Shown: one piece after another, positions 1 through 13,280 of the stretch
Layout: every line of letters begins with the position of its first letter
Numbering within the stretch: position 1 is the first letter of the stretch
Assembly (NCBI GenBank): GCA_964016885.1
Contig: OZ024741.1
Coordinates: 313,844,001-313,908,000, forward strand
Direction of reading: 5' to 3'
DNA: 64,000 nt
Source of the DNA: Eledone cirrhosa
Lineage: Eukaryota
The notes under the pieces: generated by a model
Databases searched by the model: none
What the model was told of the DNA's origin: nothing
What the model saw: only the letters and a program-made list of their open reading frames with translations
Translations under genes and position numbers: made by a program

Positions 1-1197
1 GACTGACCTCGCCCTCAAACCCTATAATGACCCGGGGGTAGACAAGGGCTGTAACACCCCACTTGCCGACTTTGTAATGGGTAACCCCTGCTTACAAAGG
101 TAGGCATAAGATATTCTTTTATATCTTTTTATCGCTTCCTCTAGATTTCTTTCTTCCACCATCCCTTTTCAGTCCTTCCACCCCAGTCCTCTTTCTTTGT
201 CGTCGTCCTTTTCACTTTCTCGCTCACTCGAGGCCGCCCCTCGGTCCTTTGTAGCCTCAGTACCCCCACCCCTTCCCTTATTCCATGATAGAATTGGCCG
301 ACTCCGCTTTTTATTGCAGATGTGATAGACCCCGGATACTTGCCTTCTCATCCGATGTCTGCCCCTTTTCCGTGCTTTCTACATTTCTTAGTGGTATCTT
401 TCCTTTAATTTCTCGTATATCAGTATTATCTTTTTTTTTGGGGGGGGGGGGGGGGATTCTGAATTAATTTTCCGTATCAAATTGTTCATATACTCCGTAC
501 GAGCATTTATGTAGTTTGCACTAAAATTTTTGTATCGTATCGGCACCCATAGAGATAATATTAGTATTCTTTTTCGGGATTCTGAATTATTATTTCGTAA
601 TAGTTTATTTTTTGCACTGGGTGGTTGCAGACCTTGTGCCTGGGTTGGAAACAGTTATTTCGTATTAGTCTCGAGACTCTGAATTATTATTTCGTGGTAG
701 TTTCTTTAGTATTTTGCCCCCCCCACACACACACTTGTTGACCCGTCACCGTAAGATATACTCGGTTGATTACTACAACATCTTAAAAGGGTCTCGCTAT
801 AATTCCGTCTCACCTAGTAAACTTTTCTTTAGTCTAGCAGTACCAGTGAGAAACTTGATATCTGTCCCTAGGGAATAGTAACCAGAATTTTTTTTTTATA
901 TTTAATTGTCTTTTTTAACATTCTCGGTATTTTTTTATATATTTACCCCATATCGTTTTACTTATTGTTTCGACTTCCTCCACCTCCCCCTCCCTAGTAT
1001 ACCTCCTTGACCTCCTGCCCTGCTGTAGTTGGTACTATCAACGCACAACTGGGTTTCCTCCACCCCCTCACCCTATTTCTTCTACTGGCATGTTCAGCTA
1101 CCCCATCCTCCCACAAATTGCCATGATAGAATTATGTGTCTCAACAACAAAATTTTGACCAATCCTTGTGACCATCACTTTTACCATATATGGAATT

Positions 1198-1294
1198 ACC
1201 CCCTGAGAAGCTTTGGCTATTCATATACCAGGATAAAAATGTTCATTTAGTCCAGAATTAGCCGTCGAAACGGCTTGAGCTCAGCTGTCGGGGT
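1198..1294 (+). ncRNA. Type I hammerhead ribozyme motif (family J), core variant CUGAGAA
   Basis: acccc-CTGAGAA-gctttggcta...tagccgtc-GAAAC-ggcttgagctcagct-GTC-ggggt; stem I acccc/ggggt is perfect; G8 is replaced by A. The 3' half recurs at 58398-58540. Confidence 0.65.
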
Positions 1295-1928
1295 CCTACT
1301 CGTCCCTATTACCCACTCTACTACCCTAAGTATTGAGTACTTTGGTGCGTTATGGTCCACCTGGTTCCTTACCACATTTCCTTCGTTATATATATATATA
1401 ATAATAATAATTATAATAATAATAATAATAATAATACCACCCCTCCGCATCCATCATCGCCGCCACCACTCATTCAATGCTACCGACACTATTCCCCTGT
1501 TAACTTGAGAGAGAAAGGGGAAGGTGGCGGTATCACTAGACAAGAGAGAGGCTAGCAAAAGATATAAATAGATTGACTTGGTGACCTTGCCACCGGCCAA
1601 ACGTCTACATCAACGATTATGGAACTGCTGGCTCACCCCTTCCTCACCAACAATATAAAAAGCCCCGGTACCACCACCGACATAGCCAACAACAATAACA
1701 GCCAACTACAACAAAAAGTATATTATATTATTGTAATGCACTGGGTGATTGCTGGCCTTGTGCCTGGAGTGGAGACAATTATTAATAATTTCATTCTTAA
1801 GCCACGCAATGCTCACATTAAGGAACCACTCATGATAATAACAATTTAAAAAAAAACAACAAAAAGAAAAGCCATGACCAAGAAATACCGGGATGGCGGC
1901 CGGCGGGGAATAGCCATGTCTCTAGGGG

Positions 1929-2005
1929 AGAACGACCCCTCTAGTCTTGGTTGACACTCGTTCTAGAAGTGGTAACACGAAATGATTACCCCTTGGCGGA
2001 TAAGG
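1929..2005 (+). ncRNA. Candidate HDV-like ribozyme in the R4-like 5' UTR
   Basis: P1-like agaacga(1929-35)/tcgttct(1958-64); P4-like hairpin 1967-1994; J4/2-like ggcgga; P3/L3 atypical. Confidence 0.4.
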
Positions 2006-2029
2006 ATAAAACGCGACAAAATAAAGTAA

Positions 2030-5000
2030 ATGTCTAATGATAAAATCTCATACTGGATCGGCCGTCACCCGGTTAAAAAAGGGCCGTGTCCCTCAGAGAG
2101 GAACCAGACTGGGGTCGAAAAGTCAGCTAATGGTTCAAACCTTCCCACCACTTCGGAGCTGGAGACCTCCCATAACCGGAATACTCCTACTGTTGGCCCT
2201 CCATGCTCACCACCAAGAAATCCAAAGAAAAAGAGAAAAAAATGGTAAAGGGAAGATAATAAAGAAGTCCTTGAGGCTTTCTACACTGCCATGTACTACC
2301 CATCAAATACATCGAATACAGAACAAACATATATCAACTGAAAAAAGAAACATCCCGAAAACAGAGGCTATATTGACAGTAAAAAACTAGCCAATATACG
2401 AAGAAATATTGTAAGAAAAAAGTTACTAACTGATATAGAAATTGATCAGATCAAGCTATTAGCACAAAGTCAGCGAAGGGAAAATGAAGCATGTGTCAGT
2501 GAAAACAAGGTAAACTGTAACACTTCGAATCCCAGGGTTGGGGCGGAATCACTGGTAACAGAACAAGTTAAAGAAAGGAGCGAAAAAGTGGAGGGAGTGC
2601 ATGCTCAGGATGAAACTCCAAATGAAAATCATGAGATCGTAAATGATAAAGAAATGAATGAGAATGAACTTGCCAGCTTGAAGGATGAAATTATGATCGA
2701 ATGGATGAAAATGAAAGAATCTGACATGGGGCAACGAGACACCCTCCATAAGATCCAGAACTCCAAACAGAACCAAAAGATAATACACAAGACTAACATA
2801 ATTCTCAAAAACATTATCATCACAAACAAACTAAACATTACTGATTTAAATCATCTCTATTATGCATCGGCTAATGTCACCACTCACTTATGTGGAGTGA
2901 AGATGAAAAAACAAAGGAATTCCCACAAGAAATCTACTTGGCAAGATAACATCAATCGCCAAATAAACCTTCTCCGATCTGACATAGAAATTTTAACAAA
3001 CTATAAAGTAGGTGAACATGTTAAACAAACTAAACTTAGAAAATTGAAAAAAAAGTACAGTATAAGATCAACATGTGACATAGACATGCTGATAGAAACA
3101 ATCAAGCAAAAAGTGTCGGCCAAAGCTGCTCGTATAAGGCGCTTTGAAAAACGATCTAGATTCTATAAGGACAATAATATGTTCAAAAACAACCAAAGAA
3201 ACTTCTACAGAAAAATTGGTAAGTCAACAATAACTGGAAGTGCAATGATTCTGGGAAAAGATCTGGGCCGAAGAAAAAGGTCATAACATACATGCCCCAT
3301 GGATAGACAGACAAATGAAAGATACAGCTCACCTTGAAGAACAAACATGGGAAAATATAACAGTTGAACAGTTGCGCTAGGCTCTAGGAAAAACCAGCAA
3401 ATGGAAATCCCCAGGAAAAGACAAAATACAAAACTTTTGGATAAATGCCTTCACAGAGTCTCATGAGCTGTTAGCCCAACTTTACAATTAAATAGTTAAG
3501 GAGCCAGAAAAGATACCATCATGGCTATTTAACGGCATTACATTCCTGCTACCGAAGAATGATGAGACAAACAATCCCAAAAATTACAGACCGATAACCT
3601 GCTTGACCACAATGTATAACATTTGAACATCAGTCCTAACTGAATACACATATGACCACCTGATAACAAATGACCTATTTCCCATTGAGCAGAAAGGGTG
3701 TAAACGAGGATCATATGGCTGTAAGGATCAGCTTCTGGTTAACAAAATGATACTGGAAGATTGTCGTAATAGACGCAAAAATCTATCGATTGCTTGGATA
3801 GATTATAAAAAAGCATTCGATAGTTTGCCACACAGTTGGATTGAAAAATGTCTAGAGATTTTCAAAATATACCCCGTTGTCAGGAGGTTTTTGTCATTCA
3901 GTATGAAGACATGGAGAACGACACTCCTTTTGAATAGTGAAACAAAATCACTGGAAGCTGGAGAAGTTAATATTAATTGTGGAATTTTTCAGGGTGACTT
4001 TTTATCACCGCTTTTATTCTGCATCGCACTCATACCATTAAGTAAAATGCTCAATGAAACAAAACATGGATATAGAGTCTATGACAAAACCATTAATCAC
4101 CTGTTCTACATGGATGACCTGAAACTATTTGCAAAAAATGATGAACAATTGCAAGGGCTATTATCCACTGTGAAACAGTTCAGTGATGATATTAAAATGG
4201 AGTTTGGACTGGATAAATGCGCCAAAGCAACGTTCACCAGAGGAAAGCTGCTGAAGAGTTCAGACATTAATCTTGATCGGGGGAACGTGATAAGAGAGCT
4301 TGATCAAGAAAAATCTTACAATTATCTAGGTGTTTGTGAAGGAGACGGATTCAAGCACTCGACAATGAGGGAAAGGATAAGGAAGGAATGTTACCGCAGA
4401 GTCAGAGCAATCTTAAGAACGGAATTGAATGCAAGGAATAGGATCGATGCCATAAACCCGCTTGCCATACCAGTAGTAACCTACAGTTACAATGTCATCA
4501 ACAGGTCAAGCACAGAGATCCGTAGGCTCGATACAAAAATCCGAAAATTCTTAAGCATGCACAGAATGCATCACTCTAAGGCAGACATAGATAGAATATA
4601 TCTCCCTAGGAAAGAAGGAGGACGTGGGTTAATCCAGTTAGACATTGCGTTGAAAACTGCAACAATTGGCTTGTCCACATATCTAAGGGAATCACATGAT
4701 TGGATGATCAAACTCGTTTTGAAACACGAAAGCACCAAAGGATCATATTCCATTACAAAAGATGCACAAATATACAGTAATGGACTACAAATTTCAGAAG
4801 TCCCATTTACTGCTGAAATGGAAAACACAGAAAAAGCAAAGCAGGTAAAAGTACCTGCAAAGAAAGAACTGCTACAGAAACTGGCTAAGAAATGGCAAGA
4901 AAAGCCTCTGTATGGAAAATACCCAGAGCGAGCTAACAATCCTGATGTTGACAAAACTTTAACCCATCAGTGGTTGGCATCCTCTGGACTGAAATCGGAG

Positions 5001-5657
5001 ACTGAAGGACTGATTATATCGGCACAAGATCAGTGTCTGCCAACAAAAAATTACCAAGCCAACATAATAAAAAATGGGTGCAGCCCATTATGCCGTGTAT
5101 GCAAAAAACAACCAGAGACCATTGACCATATAATTTCAATGTGCAGTCCTATAGCTCCAACCGAATACCTAAACAAGCATGACAGAGCTGCACAATACAT
5201 ACATTGGATAATGTGTAAGCATTTTGACCTGCCCCATCAAAAGAATTGGTGGGAGCATCAACCACCTCCCATACTTGAAAAAGATCACGTCTCAATATTG
5301 TGGAACTTTAGCATCCAAACAGACCGAAAAATAGATGCAAGTAGACCTGATATAATATTGAAGGTCTTTCAAAGGAGGGTATGCCTGCTAATTGATATGT
5401 CTGTTCCAATAGACAAGAATGTATCTATAAAAACATTTGAAAAATTGAGCATGTATAAGGACCTGGAGATAGAAATTGGAAAACTGTGGAAATTGAGAAC
5501 TAAAACAATACCAGTGGTTGTAGGCGCTCTGGGAATGATACCTAAGGGGTCTAACGACTACTTATCGCAAATCCCAGGAAACCCGCGTATAGGAGAAATA
5601 CAAAAGATAGTACTAATGGGAACTGCCCATATACTAAGGAAGATCCTGTCAATATAA
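2030..5657 (+). pseudogene. Disrupted R4-like RT-RLE polyprotein ORF (open 636-aa C-terminal part 3747-5657)
   Basis: 5' frameshifts plus in-frame stops at 3378 (TAG), 3489 (TAA) and 3624 (TGA); RT and RLE motifs intact downstream. Confidence 0.88.
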
Positions 5658-5817
5658 GTGCATCACAAGTCTAGACACTAAGGATGCATGTGTGAATATG
5701 TATGTTCTTTCTTGAACATGGCGGACCTTGTTGTCTCTTGAGGTCACTGGTTGTGACTTGGTGATAACTCGTATGAACATAAAGCAAGATAAATGCAATA
5801 ATAATAATAATAATAAT

Positions 5818-6520
5818 GCTTTCTTTATTAACCACAAGGGTTTACATAAAGTAGACATTAAGGACAGTACAGGACAATACAGGACTGTACAAATGGGCAT
5901 TTCAGCGTGTAAAAAAACAAAAACATTTTCCTTTTCAAATACAATTTGAAAAAGTTAATCAGGGCAAAAACAAAAACATTTTCCTTTTCAAATAAAATTT
6001 GAAAAAGTTAATCAGGGCATCACCGAAGGGGTAAGTGTTCGTATTCAGTCCTTTCAAACGTGTCCACCATACTATCTCTTTCGCCGTGGCCACCAGACAG
6101 ATGAAAACTGCCTGCCCTTCACGGCTAGAGTAAGGGGGCGGGGCAATTCTCACGATGGACTCAGCTGATAGCTGGATCCGTCCTACACATGACAGCAGGT
6201 GTTCGACATAAACCCACAAGTCAGCAATGCTCGGACACTGGACCGTTTCGTCGCCCTGCGCGCATCTCGGACATGGCCGATTGACGGCACCTCCATGCCT
6301 GTAGAGTTTATCCCGAACTGGCAAAGCTCCTCGGTAGTACTGCCAGGCCAGGGAGTACTGGAAGTTGTCAATAGGCCCCGACCGAAAGTTCTTCCGATGA
6401 GATTGGCTAGTTGATTTTCGCCGACACCAAGAGTTTCTCCAAGTATATCGTCGCTCTTCCCCTCCACTAATCCTCTATAGAACGCCATGTTGGAGTTTCC
6501 ACCGATCACATTGCCCGGCC
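5818..6520 (-). mobile_element. 3' fragment of Tx1/L1-like LINE ORF2
   Basis: LPVRDKL...CPRC...ET zinc-binding C-terminal motif (ORF 5959-6324); tail-to-tail with the R4-like element at the shared TAA tract. Confidence 0.65.
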
Positions 6521-7158
6521 TCATACGGGATGTTTCTTTACAAACACACCGAGCATTATAATAAATATTTGGTGAATCCATACGTACATATTTATATGTG
6601 TGCATATATGTATATATATATACAAACTACTGTACGTCTGTATACATATATGTATGTACGTCTACATACTTATAGTTAAGTAACAGCCGTACTAAGAGTG
6701 GGTAAATGAGGTTTCGTGTCATTTTTTCCGTTTAAAGTTTTCGGTGTACCCGGCCGAATAACCCACTCGATATGCAAATTGGGCTACTCAGCCGTTAATA
6801 TGCATAAGGAAAGTATATAATATTCGGACGATCAACTATCTGACAGGAAGGTATACGTTGCTGGCGATAACTAACAAGCTTGAAACTAGTATAGCGTTCT
6901 TTTGTGTGTGTTGAACAAACGAGCAACGATGGTTGCTAGACACTACGGCTTAATACGGGATGTTTGTTTACAAACACACCGAGCATTATAATAAATGTTT
7001 TGTGAATCCATACGTACATATATATATATGTGTATGTATGTATATATATATACATACTACTGTACGTCTGTATACATATATGTATGTACGTGTACATACT
7101 TATATTTAAGTAACAGCCGTATTAAGAGTGGGAAATGAGGTTTCGTTTCACTTTTTCC

Positions 7159-7165
<7 letters not shown>
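6520..7165 (+). repeat. ~430-bp HHR-containing retrozyme-like / non-autonomous Penelope-type repeat (family A), ~1.5 tandem units
   Basis: Unit marker actactgtacgtctg at 6626 and 7056; same repeat at 14.3-15.5, 25.2-26.3 and 54.6-55.5 kb. Confidence 0.8.
6856..6896 (+). ncRNA. Minimal HHR family A, mutated core (CUGGCGA)
   Basis: cgttg-CTGGCGA-taactaacaagctt-GAAACTAGTA-tagcg. Confidence 0.6.
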
Positions 7166-7195
<30 letters not shown>

Positions 7196-7212
7196 TAAAT
7201 ACATTTATACAT

Positions 7213-7500
7213 ATACCGTATATGCCGGTGTAAAAGTTGATCCGCTGCATATGTCAACCTATCAAATTGTGTGGTGTAATTCAGGTTCAGGCCTATATAC
7301 GCCGGTTGAGACGACACCACATCTATAATGCATTACCATCTCCCCACCCGTAGATATGCCGTTGATAATATGCATAAAATATAAAACATGGAAATAAACC
7401 CTAAATAGTTCTAAAATAAAAATGCATGTGAAGAAAGTACAATTTGCAAAATTTATTTTTCAGTTAACAAAATGATTTAACTGTACTGTTTTATTAGTAA
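7213..7500 (+). mobile_element. Tc2/pogo-like DNA transposon left-end remnant carried in the exon-repeat unit (also ~8975, 15793, 17699, 18745, 26420, 27550, 28675, 45352, 53386)
   Basis: Starts TA|CCGTATATGCCGGTGTAAAAG..GTCGACCC after (TA)n, resembling TcMar-Tc2 TIRs; no right TIR or transposase seen. Confidence 0.5.
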
Positions 7501-7920
7501 ACAACATCCTGTTCTATTTATTGATATTGGATTCAAATATATATATATATATATATAAGTATGTATGTATACGTACATACATATATGTATACAGACGTAC
7601 ACTAGTATCTATATATATACATGCTACTAGTATGTATATATATACACTCTACTGTACGTCTGTATACATATATGTATGTACGTATACATACATACATACT
7701 TACATTTAAGTAACTGCCTTACTTAGAGTGAGAAATGAAATTTCCTTTCATTCTATTCCATATATATATGTATAAGATAAAAATACTTGAGTGCATTAGA
7801 GTTAAACACACTCGTCGTATTAGAGAAATGACAGTATACGATATAACTATATTAATCAAACAGAGCCGAAAAATTATATAAAATTAACAAAGAAGCCTTT
7901 AATACATTAAAAATCTTTAT

Positions 7921-7964
7921 TTGCTTACAATGTTTCGTCCCATTAATAGGACTCATCACAGCAA
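7921..7964 (-). ncRNA. HHR family B, mutated core (GUGAUGA)
   Basis: revcomp ttgct-GTGATGA-gtcctattaatgggac-GAAACATTGTA-agcaa. Confidence 0.65.
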
Positions 7965-8209
7965 GGAAAAAGACAAGAAATATCATCGGCTAGAACAAGC
8001 AAAAATTCAGAATAATAGCGAATGGATATTTAGGAAAAATTAGGAAAATTTTCATGGAATGACATGTTAAACCTAATAGGGTGCATTTGTAAATAAAGGC
8101 TATAGTGCAAGAGAGCAAGTAAACATTAAACAAACCTACGTTAAAAATAGATTCGCTATTCTTCTGAATTTTGGCTTGTTCTAGCCGATGATATTTCTTG
8201 TCTTTTTCC

Positions 8210-8254
8210 TTGCTCTGATGAGTCCTATTTAATGAGACGAAACATTGTCAGCAA
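8210..8254 (+). ncRNA. Type I hammerhead ribozyme family B, intact core
   Basis: ttgct-CTGATGA-gtcctatttaatgagac-GAAACATT-GTC-agcaa; stem I perfect, GUC cleavage triplet. Confidence 0.9.
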
Positions 8255-8309
8255 ATAAAGATGTTTAATGTATTAAAGGCTTTTGTTAATTTTATATATG
8301 TATATATTT

Positions 8310-8363
<54 letters not shown>

Positions 8364-8688
8364 TGTGTGTGTGTTTATTTAAATGTATGATATCCCAAAT
8401 AGATATCGTAGGAACTGATAAAATATGGTAAGATTTGGATGGATTATATATGTTATTTTTCTAATAATATTATTTGTCTCTTTCATAATCTTACTAACAT
8501 TGTATCTAACTGAAAGAAAAATCCATGAATATCTGATAGAGGATAGATGTAATATTCAATAAATATACAAGTTCATTTGTTTATTACAAGACCACTTTAA
8601 TCTTAAAATTATGTATACAGTTGTATCATTGATATCTATATGTAATTAATAATATATGCAACATTATCACATATAGTGGTAGTTTCAG

Positions 8689-8822
8689 AATGCCGAGTAG
8701 GACAGTTTGGTGTTGATTGTAATGGGACCTGCCATTGTATCAACAACATGAGCTGTGACAAGCAAATTAGAAGATGTTCAGATGGATGTTCTGAATGTTA
8801 TACTGTTGTCAATTGCCAAGAA
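8689..8822 (+). pseudogene. EGF-like exon A (134 nt; last base before the donor missing, frame-breaking)
   Basis: tttcag acceptor; ECRVGQFGVDCNGTCHCINNMSCDKQIRRCSDGCSECYTVVNCQE; CAAGAA|gt instead of CAAGAAG|gt. Confidence 0.75.
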
Positions 8823-8902
8823 GTATCTCATAAAATTGTCACGTACTTAATATACACACACATACAGACCCCCAACCCCACGACATATATACATATTTAA
8901 CA

Positions 8903-8980
<78 letters not shown>

Positions 8981-9553
8981 ATAAGCCGGTGTAAAAGTTG
9001 ATCCGCTGCATAGATCGACCCATCAAATAATTTTGTGGTGTAATTCAGGTTGATGCCTATATACGCCGGTTGAGACGACACCCCAGGTATAAGGCATTAC
9101 CATCTCCCCAGCCGTAGATATGCTTGCCGTTGTTTATTTGCATAAAATATAAAACATGGAAATAAACACTAAATAGTTGTAAAATAAAAATGCAAGTGAA
9201 GAACGTTTAGTTTGTAAAATTTATTTTTCAGTTAACAAAATAATTAAACTGAACTATTTTATTAGTAAACAACCTGCTACCACACCGTCACTTGATACGC
9301 GGTAATTTAAAATATGAATAATCCTCATCCAATGTGTATCAGCATTACATGACGATATATTTTTACTTTGACTTGTTTTGTTTCGTGGGGAATTCACCTT
9401 AGTTTTTCCGATAGTTTAGATAATTCAGTGAATCAGTATGCTGTTAATGTTATAACTATAATATTAATAGTAATAGTATCTATATATATCCATGTATGTA
9501 TGTATATATCTATGTATGTACGTATGTAAGAGTATGTTTGTGTGTAAATATGC

Positions 9554-9596
<43 letters not shown>

Positions 9597-9605
9597 GTAT
9601 ATACG

Positions 9606-9649
<44 letters not shown>

Positions 9650-9874
9650 CAGGATAACAAATTATTGTTATAAGTAGTCCACTTAGATGTAGTCCAGTTA
9701 GGGTACTCCGAGTAGTGGATAGTATTAACGCTTGACTATGTTTGACTCAACAAAAGGTTTCCATAGCGATGCTGCGAGTACGCGGTGATTTCTATGTAGT
9801 TTACTCTTGGAGTAATAATAAATCAAGAAGAAGAGTGACATGGTTTGCTATACAATAAGGGCTTTATTCACATT

Positions 9875-9980
9875 GCTGATAATTGTTTCTCTGAACTGGT
9901 AGGTCTAGAGATCGCTACCTGCCTGTTTTTGCGTCAATCGACACCAATACTTTGTTATAACCAGTCAGTTCATCAGAGCG
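9875..9980 (-). ncRNA. HHR family D with extended stem II
   Basis: revcomp gct-CTGATGA-actgactgg...ccagttcaga-GAAACAATTATC-agc. Confidence 0.75.
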
Positions 9981-12900
9981 TGCGAGAATGGAGGGAATAC
10001 ACTGGCATGGCTTCTATATATGGTCGTGGCATTAATTCAGAACAATAATAACAATACTAACAATACTAGCAATACTACAATAAATTAGCTAGCCCGTAAA
10101 TATTTAAAATAATCACAACACCAATCTAAGTAAGACATAGAATATACTGATAGCTTTAGCATGTAAACGAGCTGATACGAAGCTGATATATGAAATTGAC
10201 ATGTAAAAGCTGTCATGGGGTGTATTATATATAGTGTAGAGATAACCTGGGGCTTGAAACAATGGACCATTTACTTTACTGTAGGTTTGCTAACCGTAAG
10301 CATTATTTATTATCTGACAGATAAAATATTTTCATTGTAGTGAGGAAGGCATTTTTTATGTGGTGTAAAGCGGATTCATTATTTAAGTGGTTTATATTAG
10401 ATGAAGGGATTGTTAGTTCGAATCATGGGGTTGTTTATCTTTCACAGCATCAATAACTCATCATGCATGGATAAGACAGCAATAATAATAATAGCAGCAA
10501 TATAGTAAGTAAGTTAATACATAGGTTAAGAAGCAAGGTACATATAGAGTGAACATAATGACTACAATTACGGATACATTGGGCTGGTAATTATAACAAC
10601 AGGGAGAAGGTAATATTTCAAGGACTGTGGTAGTAGTCAAATAATGAACTTGGAATTAGCTTCATCTGTTGAGAATCAAGAGTGAGGAAGTTGTGTTGAC
10701 AGCAGCCGAGAAGAGATATATTTATGGGTTGATAAGATATTTGCAGACATTACTTTGGTATGATATTAAGGAGGCGAGAAGCTGCTTAAAGAATATTATA
10801 ATTCTGTGGTGGTCTGTGTGAGAGCGCGGATTTCATATGTGGAACGCTAAGTTATGTTGGTTCGAATCACCATGGCTTAAATCTTGTGAATTTAGTAGAG
10901 ATCCTGTGTCTGCAGAAAATTGACCGTTCTATCTTCTTGTTGAGTAGCCTTTTATCGTTCCACAGGATATATAGTAATTCAAGGTCGCAGAGCCTACAAT
11001 AGGACATACCGGTACTATATGCCCTTCCGGCCGATAACCATGAACAGTTGATATTGTAGTCGGTATTTTTGTCGTTAAGTACCCAGATTTTTTTGGCGGG
11101 GGTTGTAGAAATATTAGTGCAGGGTTCTTCATCGAATGTCTGTGCACATACCATCTTTTTTTTAAAGTACCCGCGGTGGATCCAATGTAATGCCAAGTGG
11201 AGTTGCCCGAGTTCACCGTACAGATGTACGCTAGACTCGAATCAAGGCATCTGTTCGCCAATGAGCACCTATCTGGTAGGTGACAATTGCAGTTTCAGGT
11301 GTTATTCGGTGCAACTTCCACACTGATGTTTTGTACACTGCTATAAGTGGGCTGTGATTCGTGCCCGTTGAAGTTTGCTGCGGTGCGTTCGTATGCGTTT
11401 GCGGTTGTGATACTGTTATGTATTTATGTTTAGAATTTGGTGCTATGCTGTGCATAGGTGGGGCGGTCTCCCTAGAGGTATTTCTGTGGTTGATCTTGCG
11501 TATGTGGGATTCTATATTTGCAGCCGTAGAGTATGAGAGTTTTATAGTTTTTCTATTGAGGATTTTATGATATCTATGTGATATAGGGAAGTGTTTATCT
11601 ATTTGTTTAAAAAACGTAGAAGGCAGTCTAGTTTTTACAGAGGAGTTGAAGATTGGATTAAACCACAGGTATTTTCTTTCTCTATTTCTTCTATAGTTTC
11701 TAGGGTTTACATTATTCGTGTTTAGACCCCCTACTCTAGATGCTATTTGCCTACCTCTATGTCTAGTCCTGTTACCTCTATTTTTGTATGAGCGGTTGGT
11801 GTAAGTGATAGTGGGTTTGTTTGAGTTGTCCTTATCCGTTATAAATTGCAGCTTTTCTTTGTGTCCGGCCCTATGTAATGCCGCGTTATAATAGTTAGCA
11901 TGCTCATTAAACATGTCTAGGTTTGAGGATAATCGGGATATTCTAAGGGATATATTACGTGCTATGGATCTGATTATGGATCGGGGGTGGTTGGAATTAT
12001 AAATAATGTATCCCAGATGCTCATTATTTTTGTGGAAGGGTTCTATTAATCCCGTAATTATATTTAGGGTTACATCTAGAGAGTTTGCCTTTTTATGATT
12101 CTGTTCGTAGGTAATACTTAGGCCTAGATTTTTGAAGAATGTTCTGATGTTTTCTCTTAATCTTTCTATGCTTTGGTTGTTTAAGTTCCTAGCTATAAGG
12201 AGCGTGTCATCGCTATAAATCCTTCCTTGGAGGATACTGAATTCTTTATGTAGGTTGTGAGCTATAAATAACACCACGACGTCAGTGATTTGCGCTGAAT
12301 CGTTCGATTCCATTGTGATATCGAAGGTGTTTATCCTATCTTTTCTTACCCAATAGCTATTTTCAAAGTTTATGATAGTCCTTCTCACAGCTAGTATTTT
12401 TTCAATTTCATCAGTGGAAAGATCGGAGTAATATAAGCGCTTTATCTAGGGTGGCTGGGGATATGGACGCGTATTAATCGTTCATATCGAATTATATGAA
12501 GTCTCATGCTTCTCTATTTCTTATTTTACTGAACCATTCAATCGCCTCGCTAGTGTTACCCCATAATTTGATTTCTAGTTTTCTCTTTATTTGTGCGATT
12601 ACCCTATCTAGAATATTCTTGCTAATTTTACCTATATCCGACTTAGATGGACATATAGTAGGATTTACTTCAAAATTATTTTTGTTATCCTTAATGTTAA
12701 ATGTGGGGATTCATGGGGTTAGAGGCTCTGTTCTATCGGATATTCCGAGTTTATTTACTATCCTAAGGCCCTCTTTGTTAATGCTTGTGAGTGTGGAATC
12801 ATTTGTTTGTTTTTTTTGTATATTTTATGTAGTTCACGCTGTATGAAATTATTGTATGTGTTAAGGTCCATAGAATATACGTATGATGTTATGTCTGCCT

Positions 12901-13280
12901 TTACTATGATACCATTGGTGTCTTTTAGTTTTCTTAGTAGTGTATTGATGTCATTTTTAAATTTGCAGTAATATTCTTTAAGCAGCTTCTAGCCTCCTTA
13001 ATTCTATACCACAGTAATGTCTGCAAATAACCTATCAACCCATAAATATATCTCTTCTCGGCTGCTGTCAACACAACTTCCTCACTCTTGATTCACAACA
13101 GGTGAACCTAATTCAAAGTACATTATTTGACTACTAACACAGTCCTTGAAATATCAACTTCCCCCTGTTGTTATAATGACCTCCCCAATGTATCCGTAAT
13201 TGTAGTCATTATGTTCTCTCTATATATACCTTGCTTCTTAACCTCTGTATTAACTTACTTACTATATTGCTGTTATTATT

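Larger units (their letters stand above)
1870..5817 (+). mobile_element. R4/Dong-like non-LTR retrotransposon (RT + CCHC + restriction-like endonuclease), degraded
   Basis: Disrupted ORF 2030-5657 with KSPG, NYRPITCL, WIDYKKAFDS, QGDxLSPLLF, YMDD, CRVC..ETIDHIISMC, RPDII..LIDMSVP; ends in (TAA)n at ~5797-5817. Confidence 0.9.
7873..8298. repeat. Fold-back HHR cassette family B (arms ~7873-8023 / 8151-8298)
   Basis: Arms are reverse complements, each with an HHR; partial copy at 16710-17015. Confidence 0.85.

Noticed and set aside
11294-11296. In-frame TGA two codons before the Naiad CNC motif (minus strand; also in the duplicate) as possible selenocysteine, since some Naiads encode selenoproteins
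   Set aside because: Not at a conserved Cys (aligns to Arg or His in the other Naiads, likely CGA>TGA decay); the conserved Cys codons checked are TGY; no SECIS recognised
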